From positions 1 to 64,000 of IMG/VR virus record IMGVR_UViG_3300009285_005282: DNA of 64,000 bases; one strand, 5' to 3'. The first letter of the stretch is position 1, and every line of letters starts with the position of its first letter. The translations under genes and the position numbers were made by a program. Below are positions 1 through 9,500 of the stretch, one piece after another. The notes beneath the pieces are model-generated. The model ran no database searches, was not told the origin of the DNA, and saw only the letters and a list, made by a program, of their open reading frames with translations. Source of the DNA: a virus.

Positions 1-1
1 G

Positions 2-166
2 GCGGAGACGGCGGAGGCGTGGGCGGCGGCGGCGGCGTGGGCGGAGGCTGTGGCGCCGTGGGCGGAGGCGGCGTGGGCGGAGGCTGTGGCGCTGGAGGAG
101 GAACAAGTCCGGCAGGCAGAAGATCTCCGCTCAGAGATCCCGGAATGGCCGGGCGAGGTGACGTGA
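2..166 (+). CDS. Ala/Trp-rich paralogue family protein, copy A (5'-truncated by window edge)
   Basis: Frame 2 reads ...AEAWAAAAAWAEAVA...LEEEQVRQAEDLRSEIPEWPGEVT*, the same C-terminus as copies B-E. Confidence 0.85.
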   Translation, partial: AETAEAWAAAAAWAEAVAPWAEAAWAEAVALEEEQVRQAEDLRSEIPEWPGEVT

Positions 167-729
167 TGAACGCGTTTGAATGGGGTCGCGCTCGTGGCTC
201 GTACCCCGAGGAGTTGAAATGGCGAAAATCGCTGGGTCCAGACGCTACCCAAGCCGACGCCTGGCGGCTGTGTCAGCACGGAGGTTGGATGATCTGGCAA
301 CTTCAGCAGGGATTGTCAGCCATTGAGCTTCAAACGGTGATGCCCATGGTATTGCGGGCTACAGACAGAACTGTCGAACGTGTAGTTCGTCGCGGATTGA
401 AGCTGGAGGTGACGCTGGCGGGCGGCTACCGACGATGGGCCAAGGATTGGTTGTCCGAAAAAGACAGAACGAGCTCGGCAGCGGAACACGCAGCGTATTT
501 GACAGCGGAGTGGGCGGCGGAGCAAGCGGAGATCGCCGGGTTGGCGAACGCGGCAACGAATGCAGCAGCGTGGTTGGCGAACGCGAGGATGGAGTGGGCA
601 ACGGAGAACGCGGCAAATGCGCTGAAGTCGGTGCTGATAGCAATGGTGTGGGCGGGAGAGGACAGGACTTTACAAGCGGGGGATCTCCGCATGGAAATCC
701 CGGTGTGGCCGGGCAAGGTGGCACGATGA
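166..729 (+). CDS. Ala/Trp-rich paralogue family protein, copy B
   Basis: MNAFEWG...WRKSLGPDATQADAWRLC...WQL N-terminus and DLRMEIPVWPGKV C-terminus; TGATG overlap with copy A; GAGGTG RBS. Confidence 0.85.
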   Translation: MNAFEWGRARGSYPEELKWRKSLGPDATQADAWRLCQHGGWMIWQLQQGLSAIELQTVMPMVLRATDRTVERVVRRGLKLEVTLAGGYRRWAKDWLSEKDRTSSAAEHAAYLTAEWAAEQAEIAGLANAATNAAAWLANARMEWATENAANALKSVLIAMVWAGEDRTLQAGDLRMEIPVWPGKVAR

Positions 730-1340
730 ACGCGTTTGAATGGGGCCTGGCCCACGGGTCGTGTCCTGAGGCGCTGGATTGGCGGAAGTCGTTGGGTCCA
801 GAAGCCACTCAGGCTGACGCTTGGCGGTTGTGTCCGCTGGTAGATTGGATGGTTTGGCAGCTTCGTCATGGGCTGTCGGTCGACGAGCTGCAAACGGTAA
901 TCCCCGCGCTACTGCGGGCTACCGACAAAAGCGTCGTGCACCGAATTCGCTGCACGTTGGCGTCGCTGGAGGGAAACGACGCACCGTGGACTGCCACCTG
1001 GCGACAGTGGGCAGAGCGCTGGCTGTCCGGGGAGAACCGGTCGGTGGTGTCAGCGTGGGAAATGGAGGAAATGATGTGGGGGACGGTGGGGGCGCGGGAG
1101 GCGTGGGAAGCGGCGTGGGCTGCGGCGTGGGCTGCGGAGGCGGAGGCGGCTGCACAGGATGCGGATGCGGGGGTGGCGGTGGCGAGGGCTGCGGGGGCAG
1201 CACGGGCAGCGGGAGCGGGGGCAGCACGGGCAGCGGGAGCGGGGGCTACACGGGCAGCACGGGCAGCGGGGGCGACGGTGGAGGCCGTCCAAGCGGAATA
1301 TCTCCGCGAGGAAATCCCGGAGTGGCCGGGGGAGGTGTAG
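726..1340 (+). CDS. Ala/Trp-rich paralogue family protein, copy C
   Basis: MNAFEWGLAHGSCPEALDWRKSLGP...EIPEWPGEV; ATGA overlap with copy B. Confidence 0.85.
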   Translation: MNAFEWGLAHGSCPEALDWRKSLGPEATQADAWRLCPLVDWMVWQLRHGLSVDELQTVIPALLRATDKSVVHRIRCTLASLEGNDAPWTATWRQWAERWLSGENRSVVSAWEMEEMMWGTVGAREAWEAAWAAAWAAEAEAAAQDADAGVAVARAAGAARAAGAGAARAAGAGATRAARAAGATVEAVQAEYLREEIPEWPGEV

Positions 1341-1344
1341 GTCA

Positions 1345-1974
1345 ATGACTTGTACCGGCAGGCTGTTTTCCACGTATGTGCAAGGGAAGCGTGACCTCTG
1401 CGGCGCTAATCTCTGTAGCGCGGACCTTCACGGCGTCAACCTCTGCCGTGCCAATCTCTTCTACGCCAATCTCCGCGGCGCTGACCTCTCTGATGTCAAC
1501 CTCTACGCTGCTGACCTCCGCCATGCTGATCTTTCCGGCGCCAATCTTCGCGGCGCCAATCTCCACCACGCCGACCTCCATAACGCCGACCTCAGTAACA
1601 CTGATTTCTCCAATGCTGATCTCGCTGGCACAGTTCTCGACCCCAACGCCCATGTTCCGCGCTGCTCCGCCTACGTAATTAGGGAGCTTGGGTTGGAGCT
1701 AGGGGTGGAGGATGGCCGCGATGTAGTGCGGGGGTGGAGAACGGCTAAAAGTCAGCATGTCAAGGGATATGAATACGTATGGGGGTGGTACAACGCCCCC
1801 GTGTTTTCGGTGGATACCCGCACCGCGTGCCACCCCGGACTGTACCTCGCAAGCAGGCGATGGCTAAGGGAAGAGTACCCTAACGTTGAGCTCGTGCGGT
1901 GTTGGTGCTACCGTGACGAAATGGTCGTTACATGGGAGAAGGCGCGGGCAAAGTGGCTGTGTATAACGGACTGA
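1345..1974 (+). CDS. Pentapeptide-repeat protein with conserved C-terminal domain (paralogue of 18131-18826)
   Basis: A[DN]Lxx repeats followed by VVRGWRTAKSQ...NAPVFSVDTRTACHPGLYLAS; GGAGG RBS. Confidence 0.9.
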   Translation: MTCTGRLFSTYVQGKRDLCGANLCSADLHGVNLCRANLFYANLRGADLSDVNLYAADLRHADLSGANLRGANLHHADLHNADLSNTDFSNADLAGTVLDPNAHVPRCSAYVIRELGLELGVEDGRDVVRGWRTAKSQHVKGYEYVWGWYNAPVFSVDTRTACHPGLYLASRRWLREEYPNVELVRCWCYRDEMVVTWEKARAKWLCITD

Positions 1975-1997
1975 AGACTTCTGTCGCGCATGTTGCG

Positions 1998-2135
1998 GCT
2001 GTTGTTCCCCTGTAGCCTGCAGGTGGGCAACGGCGATCCTGCTCGGGTGAGCAGGCCGGCGGTGGTTGGGTCGAGGCAGTGGGCCGCGGCGATACACACC
2101 TGTCGCCCGTCCGGGTTCGAGCCCCGGCGATCCGC
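1998..2135 (+). ncRNA. Structured intergenic RNA candidate ending in a tRNA T-arm-like hairpin
   Basis: Hairpins at 1998-2034, 2038-2055 and 2088-2107; CCGGG-TTCGAGC-CCCGG at 2111-2127; no full cloverleaf. Confidence 0.35.
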
Positions 2136-2149
2136 TGAGGAGGTGACTA

Positions 2150-2344
2150 GTGAACTCCGATTTTCGGGTTTACGCTGGGTGTTCGGGGTGCGGGAGCGCG
2201 CTCGAAATTGCCGTGCTTTCGACACAAGGACCGTTGCACGTAGTTCTGGAAGTCCGTCCGTGCCCGAGGTGTTTGGAGGCTGTCGAAGACAAGGCACGAG
2301 AAGAGGAAAGGGTGCTGTGCGAGGCTGAGGAGGTAGGTCGATGA
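2150..2344 (+). CDS. Small CxxC...CxxC zinc-binding protein (paralogue 1)
   Basis: CSGC...CPRC; GGAGG RBS; near-identical to 3759-3932. Confidence 0.8.
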   Translation: MNSDFRVYAGCSGCGSALEIAVLSTQGPLHVVLEVRPCPRCLEAVEDKAREEERVLCEAEEVGR

Positions 2345-2374
2345 CAGCAGCGGTGAAACTAGTATGCAGATGCT

Positions 2375-2818
2375 GTGAGTGGGGGGTGGATCGTGGGCAG
2401 CCGTAACAAAGAAACCCGCGGAGAGTGGCAGACGGCCCGCGAGCTTCGGGCGGCACTCGGCGGCAACGTGGTCGTGCGCCGCGGGGAGTGGTCTGGTGGG
2501 CTACGGGGCGAGCCGAACGTAGTGGTTGAGGAGCGCCCCTGGTGGATTGACGTGAAAACCTTTCCCTCGCGGAAGCCCTGGCTCGACCACGTCGCGGCGC
2601 TCCACCGGGCGGAGAAGGGCTGCGAGTTTTCGGAGGAACCATGGTGGATTTCCTGGGTGGTGGTACGTGAGAGCCGCCGTCCTCCGATGGTAGTAACCCG
2701 GCTTGGGGTGCTGAACTCGATCTATGCCGGCGAGATACTGCCACATTCGGGGGAGATGGTCGTCATCGCACCATGGGCCGCGGTGCTGACTCATCTGGAA
2801 CGGTGGGGAAGGAGGTAG
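2375..2818 (+). CDS. Holliday-junction-resolvase-like PD-(D/E)xK protein, apparently degenerate
   Basis: SRNKETRGE..AREL...VRRG...GG..GEPNVV...WWIDVK resembles SRxKGxRGE/PD/ExK, with PD changed to PN. Confidence 0.55.
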   Translation: MSGGWIVGSRNKETRGEWQTARELRAALGGNVVVRRGEWSGGLRGEPNVVVEERPWWIDVKTFPSRKPWLDHVAALHRAEKGCEFSEEPWWISWVVVRESRRPPMVVTRLGVLNSIYAGEILPHSGEMVVIAPWAAVLTHLERWGRR

Positions 2819-2907
2819 CGAGTTTACGCCATCACATTGTACGGAGGTGGTCAGGTCGAGGTGGTGGTTCAAGCCCCGGTGATCCGTTATAAGGAGGTGC
2901 TACACAA

Positions 2908-3231
2908 ATGCTTTGTCTAGCTTGCGGAGACTGCTGCGCTCGGTTCTCGCCGTTGACTGAAGACGAAACTATTGAATGTCCGCATCTGCGGCGAAAGGGG
3001 GACGTCGCCTACTGCGCGATCTACCCATGTCATCCCGCGGCGCGCGACATTCGGCCGAAGCAGTGTCGGGATCACGACTACCCCAGCTCCGTGTGTCCTG
3101 TAGGTCGAGACGTGCTGGGAATTCACGACGCCAATGCGTTGGCGGCGCGTGAGTGCGCGTTGACGGCGCTGCTCCCGGTAGGCAGTCGCAGGGACATCAG
3201 AGAGGGTGCTGAGGAGGTGCGTGGTGGGTAG
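2908..3231 (+). CDS. YkgJ-like CxxCxxCC metal-binding protein
   Basis: CLACGDCC...CPHL...CAIY...RPKQCRDH; TATAAGGAGG upstream. Confidence 0.8.
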   Translation: MLCLACGDCCARFSPLTEDETIECPHLRRKGDVAYCAIYPCHPAARDIRPKQCRDHDYPSSVCPVGRDVLGIHDANALAARECALTALLPVGSRRDIREGAEEVRGG

Positions 3232-3769
3232 ATACGAGAAAGTCGGAGGTGTGGTCATCGACCACCAAACCGGGTTGATCTGGCAGGAGGACGCGCACGG
3301 TCCTTTCTCCTGGGACGATGCAATGGCCTACCCAGAAACGCTCGGGGGTGGGTGGATAGTGCCGACCATCCACGAGTTGTTTTCGCTCGTGGATACTACC
3401 CGGCTCGCCCCGGCCAGTGGGTTCCCGGGGGTGCCGAGCGCGGTGTTCTGTTCGTCCACGCCTTGTTCCGGCACCATCTCCCGCGTGTGGTCCGTCCACT
3501 TCGCAAACGGCAAGCCTGGGCACACCGACAAGGCGGGCACGTACTACGTGCGGTGCGTGCGTGGAGGACCCATGCGGGAGAAACCAAGAGATCCGCGAGA
3601 AGATGCGATCTTCGGCGCGGAGTTTGTCCAGTCGATGAGGTTTTATCTGAACGAAGTTGGCCCAAATGAAGCGGCCTTTCTGGCAGCCGTCGCCGCCAGA
3701 AAGGCTGTGAGGGCATACCGGGAAGGGGTGAGCGACAGGTGGAAGCGGGAGGTAAGTGATGAACTCTGA
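3221..3769 (+). CDS. DUF1566/Lcl-C (C-type-lectin-like) domain protein with in-frame C-terminal extension
   Basis: VVIDHQTGLIWQ...WDDA...W.VPTIHELFSL...SST...VWSVHFANG...YYVRCVRGG; internal GGAGGA+ATG at 3572. Confidence 0.8.
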   Translation: MVGRYEKVGGVVIDHQTGLIWQEDAHGPFSWDDAMAYPETLGGGWIVPTIHELFSLVDTTRLAPASGFPGVPSAVFCSSTPCSGTISRVWSVHFANGKPGHTDKAGTYYVRCVRGGPMREKPRDPREDAIFGAEFVQSMRFYLNEVGPNEAAFLAAVAARKAVRAYREGVSDRWKREVSDEL

Positions 3770-3932
3770 CTTTCAGGTTTACGCTGAGTGTTCAGAATGT
3801 GGGAGTGCGCTCGAAATTGCCGTGCTCTCGACACAGGGACCGCTGCACGTAGTGTTGGAAATACGCCCGTGCCAGAAGTGCCTGGAGGCCGCTGAGGACA
3901 GGGCGCGAGAAGAGGAAGAGGCGGTAAGATGA
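3759..3932 (+). CDS. Small CxxC...CxxC zinc-binding protein (paralogue 2; not in ORF track)
   Basis: MNSDFQVYAECSECGSALEIAVLSTQGPLHVVLEIRPCQKCLEAAEDRAREEEEAVR; GGAGG RBS. Confidence 0.8.
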   Translation: MNSDFQVYAECSECGSALEIAVLSTQGPLHVVLEIRPCQKCLEAAEDRAREEEEAVR

Positions 3933-4117
3933 TTTTCAAAATACAGCCGAAGATAGTGTGTGTCTCGTGCGGTGGAGAAATCGAAATCGAGGCCCACGAT
4001 GTGGACAGAGTGTTTGATGGCCCAGTGGTGGTGATAATAAGGGTCAATCCCTGTCAAAAGTGCACCGACGCCGCTGTCGCCGCCGCCGTCGCCGCGGTTA
4101 CTGAGGGGAGCGACTAG
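3929..4117 (+). CDS. Small CxxC...CxxC protein (distant paralogue 3)
   Basis: CVSCGGEIEI...VNPCQKC; ATGA overlap. Confidence 0.7.
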   Translation: MIFKIQPKIVCVSCGGEIEIEAHDVDRVFDGPVVVIIRVNPCQKCTDAAVAAAVAAVTEGSD

Positions 4118-4602
4118 TGGCCCACCTACTGACGAAGTGCGGGGCCGGGCACGGGTATGGGGCCGGGTACGGGTCTGGATATGGGGACGGATATGGGTCT
4201 GGGCACGAAAACGGGGCCGGGCACGGAAACGGGAACGGGTTCGGGTTCGGGAACGGGTCTGGGTCCGGGCACGGGTTCGGGTCTGGGTGCGCGTACGGAA
4301 ACGGGCACGGGTTCGGACACGGGTTTGGGCATGGGGCCGGGTCCGGGGTCGGGTACAGGAACGCGGACGGGGAGGGAGCTGGGGCTCCGGTTGGTCGCGC
4401 TGACAGGTTCACAGTCGTCGTGTTCGCGCCCTGGCCCTACGTCCGTGTTGGCTGTGAGATCCACCAGATCGCATGGTGGCGCGAGCACTGGCGTGAGGTT
4501 GCAGGGGAGCACGACGTCGACATTGAAGAGTCGAAAGTGGCCGCCCTGCTCGACAGGGCCACTAAGATCTTGGCGAGCCCTGATAGGAGGGAAAATGGGT
4601 GA
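4117..4602 (+). CDS. Gly-X repeat protein with small C-terminal domain
   Basis: About 70 aa of (G-x)n followed by VRVGCEIHQIAWW. Confidence 0.75.
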   Translation: MAHLLTKCGAGHGYGAGYGSGYGDGYGSGHENGAGHGNGNGFGFGNGSGSGHGFGSGCAYGNGHGFGHGFGHGAGSGVGYRNADGEGAGAPVGRADRFTVVVFAPWPYVRVGCEIHQIAWWREHWREVAGEHDVDIEESKVAALLDRATKILASPDRRENG

Positions 4603-4927
4603 TATGGACGAGCGAGACAATGATGGACTACCAACCCCGTGGGCGCTGGCCTGCGCTGCACTCAGCGACCACGGCTGTGAGTGCGACGATGACGAGCCGG
4701 GGACGTGCCTCGGCTGCCGTTGCGAGGCCGCGATGAGAGCGGAGCGTGCGCGCGCGGAGAGAGCCGAGCGGGCGTTTAGAATGCTCCGCGCAGCGCTAGA
4801 GGACTTGGAGCGGCGGACTGGCGTTCTTCGGTGTGCCACAGACAGGGAGGAAACTAGGAATTCGAGACTGTCTGAAAACAGGGAAGATAGGCGAGGCGGG
4901 AAAGAAGGAGATCGAGATGGTAATTGA
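4595..4927 (+). CDS. Cys-rich/coiled-coil hypothetical protein
   Basis: GGAGG RBS; CECDDDEPGTCLGCRC followed by ERARAERAE. Confidence 0.65.
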   Translation: MGDMDERDNDGLPTPWALACAALSDHGCECDDDEPGTCLGCRCEAAMRAERARAERAERAFRMLRAALEDLERRTGVLRCATDREETRNSRLSENREDRRGGKEGDRDGN

Positions 4928-5501
4928 AGAGATCGAGCCGATACTTGGAGGAAAGGCGCTGGTGCTCAACGCTGACCGTAAAAAGGAGCTAGAGGACTTG
5001 GCTCGGCCGCTGATCGCGTGGCTCAACACCGCCTGTCATCCGCACGTTCGGGTGTTGATTGAGCCTACCAGGTTCACGCTGTTGGAGGACGTATACAGCG
5101 TCCCGATATACGATTACGAGGAAAGCCAGATGATCGAGCTGATGCCAGAGATCGACGACGACGACGACGATCTCGACTCGGACGGTTCCCCGCCTGGACG
5201 GGCAACGGTAGGAGGTATGACAGTTTGTTACGCCTCCGGGCGTCGGAGTTTGGGGGGACGAATGACCAGAAGACTAATGAAAGTGGATGTGGCTGATGGC
5301 CTCTTTTCTACGGAGAGGACGGTCTCTTTTCAGGGGTCGAAACGGCGCCATGTCCTGGTTGTAGATCAGCGCGTTCTTTCTCAGGATAGGCTACCCGTCT
5401 ACGTAATCAGCGAAGAGAACGGCGAGGCCCTCGTCTGTCTGCCGGCAGAGACTTTTGCAGGGGATTCCCGGGTGAGGGTCCCTGTAGCGTGTTTGGAGTA
5501 G
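4917..5501 (+). CDS. Hypothetical protein, possibly two or three fused small genes
   Basis: AAGGAG RBS; ARPLIAWLNTACHPHV module, poly-Asp linker, then a second module from the Met at 5262. Confidence 0.55.
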   Translation: MVIEEIEPILGGKALVLNADRKKELEDLARPLIAWLNTACHPHVRVLIEPTRFTLLEDVYSVPIYDYEESQMIELMPEIDDDDDDLDSDGSPPGRATVGGMTVCYASGRRSLGGRMTRRLMKVDVADGLFSTERTVSFQGSKRRHVLVVDQRVLSQDRLPVYVISEENGEALVCLPAETFAGDSRVRVPVACLE

Positions 5502-5548
5502 GGAAAGAATTTTATGCGTTGCCATGGCCGCGCTAGTGAAGGAGCAAA

Positions 5549-5806
5549 ATGAAAGTGCACTGTGAAGTCGAAGAGGTGGAGTTAGACAACGACTCCGGCC
5601 GCGAGGTGCCCGGGGTCAGGGTAACTTGCTCAAGGTGTGGGCACAGCACTGAGTCCTTTGGGACCGCGGAGCCATCCGTAAGACGGTGCTATGCGCTGCT
5701 TCGAGAGGAGTGTCCGAACGGGGAGCACAACTACTATTGCGAAGATCCCGATAACCCCGGTCCAAGTACGGGAACGTCTGCCCGGTCGCCAAGGTTGAAG
5801 GAGTAA
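5549..5806 (+). CDS. Zinc-finger hypothetical protein
   Basis: CSRCGH...RRC...EECP; AAGGAG RBS. Confidence 0.75.
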   Translation: MKVHCEVEEVELDNDSGREVPGVRVTCSRCGHSTESFGTAEPSVRRCYALLREECPNGEHNYYCEDPDNPGPSTGTSARSPRLKE

Positions 5807-5809
5807 GGG

Positions 5810-6217
5810 ATGACGCCGGGCCGTAGCTGCAGTTGTGTCTATGTTGACGTTGAGGGCACTGCCCGGCTGATCTCGGAAAAGGTCGTCCGGGCGCGAACCC
5901 AGCACGTCTGCGGCGAGTGCGGCGAGACCATCAAGCCGGGTCAGCGGTACGAACGTTTTCGAGGTGTGTACGACGACAAGCCCATGACACACCGAACGTG
6001 CGAGACCTGCCTCGACCTGCGCTCGACCTTGTTCTGCGGGGGGTGGACTTACGGCGGGGTCCGTGAGGACCTTCATGAGCACGTCGTCAACCTGTGTGGG
6101 GAAATTGACTCCTCGTGCCTGTTGGCGTTGACCCCGCGCGCTCGTGGCGTGGTGCTCGACATGATTGACACGTACTGGGAGAACGACGACTGGGAGAACG
6201 ACGACGAGGAGGTGTGA
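5810..6217 (+). CDS. Phage CxxC protein (ARxxHxCxEC type)
   Basis: VRARTQHVCGECGETIKPGQRYE...HRTCETC. Confidence 0.8.
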   Translation: MTPGRSCSCVYVDVEGTARLISEKVVRARTQHVCGECGETIKPGQRYERFRGVYDDKPMTHRTCETCLDLRSTLFCGGWTYGGVREDLHEHVVNLCGEIDSSCLLALTPRARGVVLDMIDTYWENDDWENDDEEV

Positions 6218-6537
6218 TGCTACAAGAGAGATTCATAGCGGGGGAGTCGGCCGTGGACCAGGAGATCCTGCGAGAGCTCGCTGAGTTGTTCGAGGCAGAC
6301 GACCCGAGGGAGCCTATGCGGAAGAGTTGGGACGTAGGCCCCTGGGGGCGGGACCGGGCGGTGGTCCGGCTTGAGGTGAAAACCGTGGAGGGGGTGCAGA
6401 AACGGGAGGTTCGGCTAGAGCTTCAGGGCTACCTCGGTACGTCGTTGGCGGCTGCCAGGGCTAACCACCGGATTCACCGGGAAGCCCTGGAGTTCACGGA
6501 GCGCGTGCTGACCCTGGTGGGTCAGCTGGGGATGTAG
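6214..6537 (+). CDS. Hypothetical protein
   Basis: GGAGG RBS; overlaps previous stop; last gene before the terminator. Confidence 0.7.
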   Translation: MMLQERFIAGESAVDQEILRELAELFEADDPREPMRKSWDVGPWGRDRAVVRLEVKTVEGVQKREVRLELQGYLGTSLAAARANHRIHREALEFTERVLTLVGQLGM

Positions 6538-6549
6538 AGTGCTGTACCT

Positions 6550-6584
6550 GTTGCCGCGGAAACGCGGCAACTCTTAGCTAGGTA
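6550..6584 (+). terminator. Hairpin + TTAGCTAGGTA element closing the + strand accessory cluster
   Basis: GTTGCCGCG-GAAA-CGCGGCAAC TCTTAGCTAGGTA; abuts the stop of the convergent gene at 6585. Confidence 0.75.
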
Positions 6585-9500
6585 TCAGCCGAGCTGCCCA
6601 CGGGACTGCCAAAGCTCGGTGACGTAGGCCATGACCGCGCTAGCCTTTTCGGAGCGGGTGTCGAGTCGTACCAGGGCGTCCTGGTTGCGCTGTCGGTCCT
6701 CCGAGGTTACTTGCGCTTCCTGCCCACCCTCCAACCGAGAAGACTCAGTGCTGATGCCGAGGATGCGCCGGACGGGGCGGCCCTCGCTATCGGGGGGCAG
6801 TAGGTTGCGCAGGTTGCGCCCGTTCTCCCCGTTGCCGAAGGCACGGGAGTGGAAGCCCTCAACGCCCTGCGTCTCCCCGGTTTCAGCGTTGATGGTCAAG
6901 TCCCGGGAGCCGAGCATGTCAGTCAGTGTCGCAACCGGGCGCCAGGTGTACGCACGGATGAACTCGTGGATGTCCGCGCCGGCTTGCTGTTTGATGGCGC
7001 TGTAGGAACGAACCAGCAGGTCGATGGCTCGCTCCACGCTGATGTGCATCTCCGCCTCTTGCACTGTTCTGCCGTCCACGCGGATAGGGTCTTGGTTGCC
7101 CTGTACTTGCTGATCCTGGGTAGGGGTGTACGGCGGTGTGCGGATTGCGTTCTCGTCAGACGTGTACGCTCCGGAGGCGGACACGCCTGGAGCGTCCCAG
7201 ACCGGGTTGAAGTCAGGTGTATCCCGTAGCGAAAGGTCACTTAGCCTCGCCTGTACGGCGCGCGCATCCGCAGATGCTGTCCTGGTGTCCCCCAGCCGCG
7301 TGTCGATTACGATTGGGTCGGTGATAGCTCCGATGCCAAAGAATTGCTGGTACACTCCGCCGATCTGGTCGTTGCGCCAGCAGTCCGCCATCCACGGCGG
7401 GCGTACAAAGTCCTCTAGTGGTACGTCAACCACCTCCTGTTGGTAGGACTCCACGTCTTCGGTAACTCGGTAGGCGCGAAACTCTACTTCTTCGGTGGTG
7501 CTGCCAATAAGGGTCACGACCTCGGGTCCGTACGCGTCGGCGCGCTGGCTGGTCCCCACGAGGACGGACATTGTGTACCCGCGTGGACCGCGGCTGTTGA
7601 AGGTGCCATACAGGCGATAGGAGCCCGAGCTTTGCTCCAGTGCTGTGACCTCGGTGATACGCCCGTGGTTAGGTCCCAGCTGTCCTACCAATGGTGGGTC
7701 AGAGGGGAGCGCGGCGACGGTGGTTGACACCGTGGTCGTTCCACCCTGACGGTTGGAGGTGCGTATGCGGTTGGCGCCGAGCAGCTCGTCGTTGTCCCGG
7801 TGGGTCCTTGCAGCGGCGAAAGTGTACGAGGTGCTGGCCGAGTCCTGGGTGACGCTGTGCTGTAACCCCATGACCAGCCCCACGTACTGGACGGGAACGG
7901 TGTGCTTCAGGATGTCCCAGGCGTCCAGGATGCCCCAGTCCTCGCTGAAGGTCAGCTCGTTGTCCGCGTCCCGTGTGACCCCGGGGTAGTTGCTCTGCGC
8001 CGCCTGCTCCAAAAATTCCTCCCCCCGCAGCCCTGATAGCGTCAGCTGCTCCGCGGTCATGGGCCTGTCCACCACTACTGCGGGAAAACCACAGACCGCC
8101 CAGGGGTTGAACTTACCGGAGACGGACATGGAACGGGAGCTCCAGCGGTTCTTGAAGAACTGGTGGTTGGCGGCGCGCATGACGTAGGGAACTCGCGCCC
8201 CACGGTAGTCGGTTTGCTGGCCGTTGACCGCTACCATGTTGACTTCGTTCATGCGCTCAAAGATGGGCACCGGCCCCGTGTAGAGCTCGTGCTCCATGAG
8301 CCGTTGCGCGTACGCCTCCCGGCGTAGCGTGGCCCCTTCAGTGGAGCTCTGCTGTCCTTGGCGTACCCGCGCGCCCAGCACCTCCACGTCCGGCGCGAAG
8401 TAGACGGAGTTAAGCAGCTCGTCGGGGCCGAATATCTCGTCCGACACCGTCAGGCGCATTCTGGAGACCTCGCGGAGGTACATGCGCTGCATCTCGATCT
8501 GGGAGTAGAGCTCAGGGAACAGTATGTTGCAGCGAGGCGGAGCGCACATGAAGATGTCCGGCCGGATGATCTGACTGTACAGCCGTTTGGACACGGTTGT
8601 CTCCGACTCTCGCTCCCGGCTGTCCCGCGACGTGTACGTTCCCCCGTCAAGCGCGGTTAGCGTATCGGTCAACGCCGTCCTTGCTTGCTGGAAATGGCTG
8701 CTGTTGCGTTGGAGTATGTTCGTATACCGTGCTCTAACGTCGGTGTGGTTCGCGCTCTCGAAACGGGCGATAGCTGCTCCCGCCGTGCGCAGCTCCGTTG
8801 CTGCGGTTTGTAGATTTGACAGCGCCGCGGTGAAATCGTACTGGCGGCTGTACGGCTCTAGGGCTGTACGGCTCGCTAAAATGTTTCGGGCCAGGCCCTC
8901 CATCGCCCCCGACAATCCACGGTTGCGTACTTGGCGTGTGGTGGTGCTGAAGTCGACGACGGCCTGCCGTTGCGTGGCAATGTCCCCGGATATCTGGTTG
9001 TACGCCGCGGTGCTCCTGAAGTTGTGGGTGCGTGACACCGCCTCCCGGCGGGTGGTGGAGTAAGAGTCCGGTGCTTGGTACCGCGCTACCGGGCAGGGTA
9101 CCGTGTTGTGGAAAATGAAGCCGTTCAGCAGGTTCAGGATTTCGCGGAAGGACGCGATCTGTCCCAGGCGGCCAGCCGAGTTGCGCGCCCAAACGTTGAA
9201 CGCACGCCGTGGAAAGAGTCGTTGGCTTGACGCGTCATCCTCTGCGGCGCCCAGCATGTCGATAAGGTGATAGCGAAGCTCGGCGATGGTGAAGAAGTCG
9301 TTCACCCCTCGAAAGCCGGCGCGGGTGTACACTCCACCAACACGTTCCAGCAGGTGCACCACCCCGCTTAGCAGACCGGTAAGCTCGGGGTGGGACACTG
9401 AGCGTCGGGTGATCACGTCTACCAGTGTGCTCTCCGGGCTCTGGAAGAAGGTGTCGAACAGCGTGGTGCCCGCGCCGACGAACTGCGCAGTGGTGTTGCC

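Noticed and set aside
2059-2135. Bona fide tRNA gene
   Set aside because: Incomplete acceptor stem, 6-nt anticodon-like loop, no recognisable D-arm and no CCA.
3440-3570. DUF1566 C-terminus as a diversity-generating retroelement variable repeat
   Set aside because: No second copy differing at adenines and no reverse transcriptase seen in the window; it cannot be excluded elsewhere in the genome.
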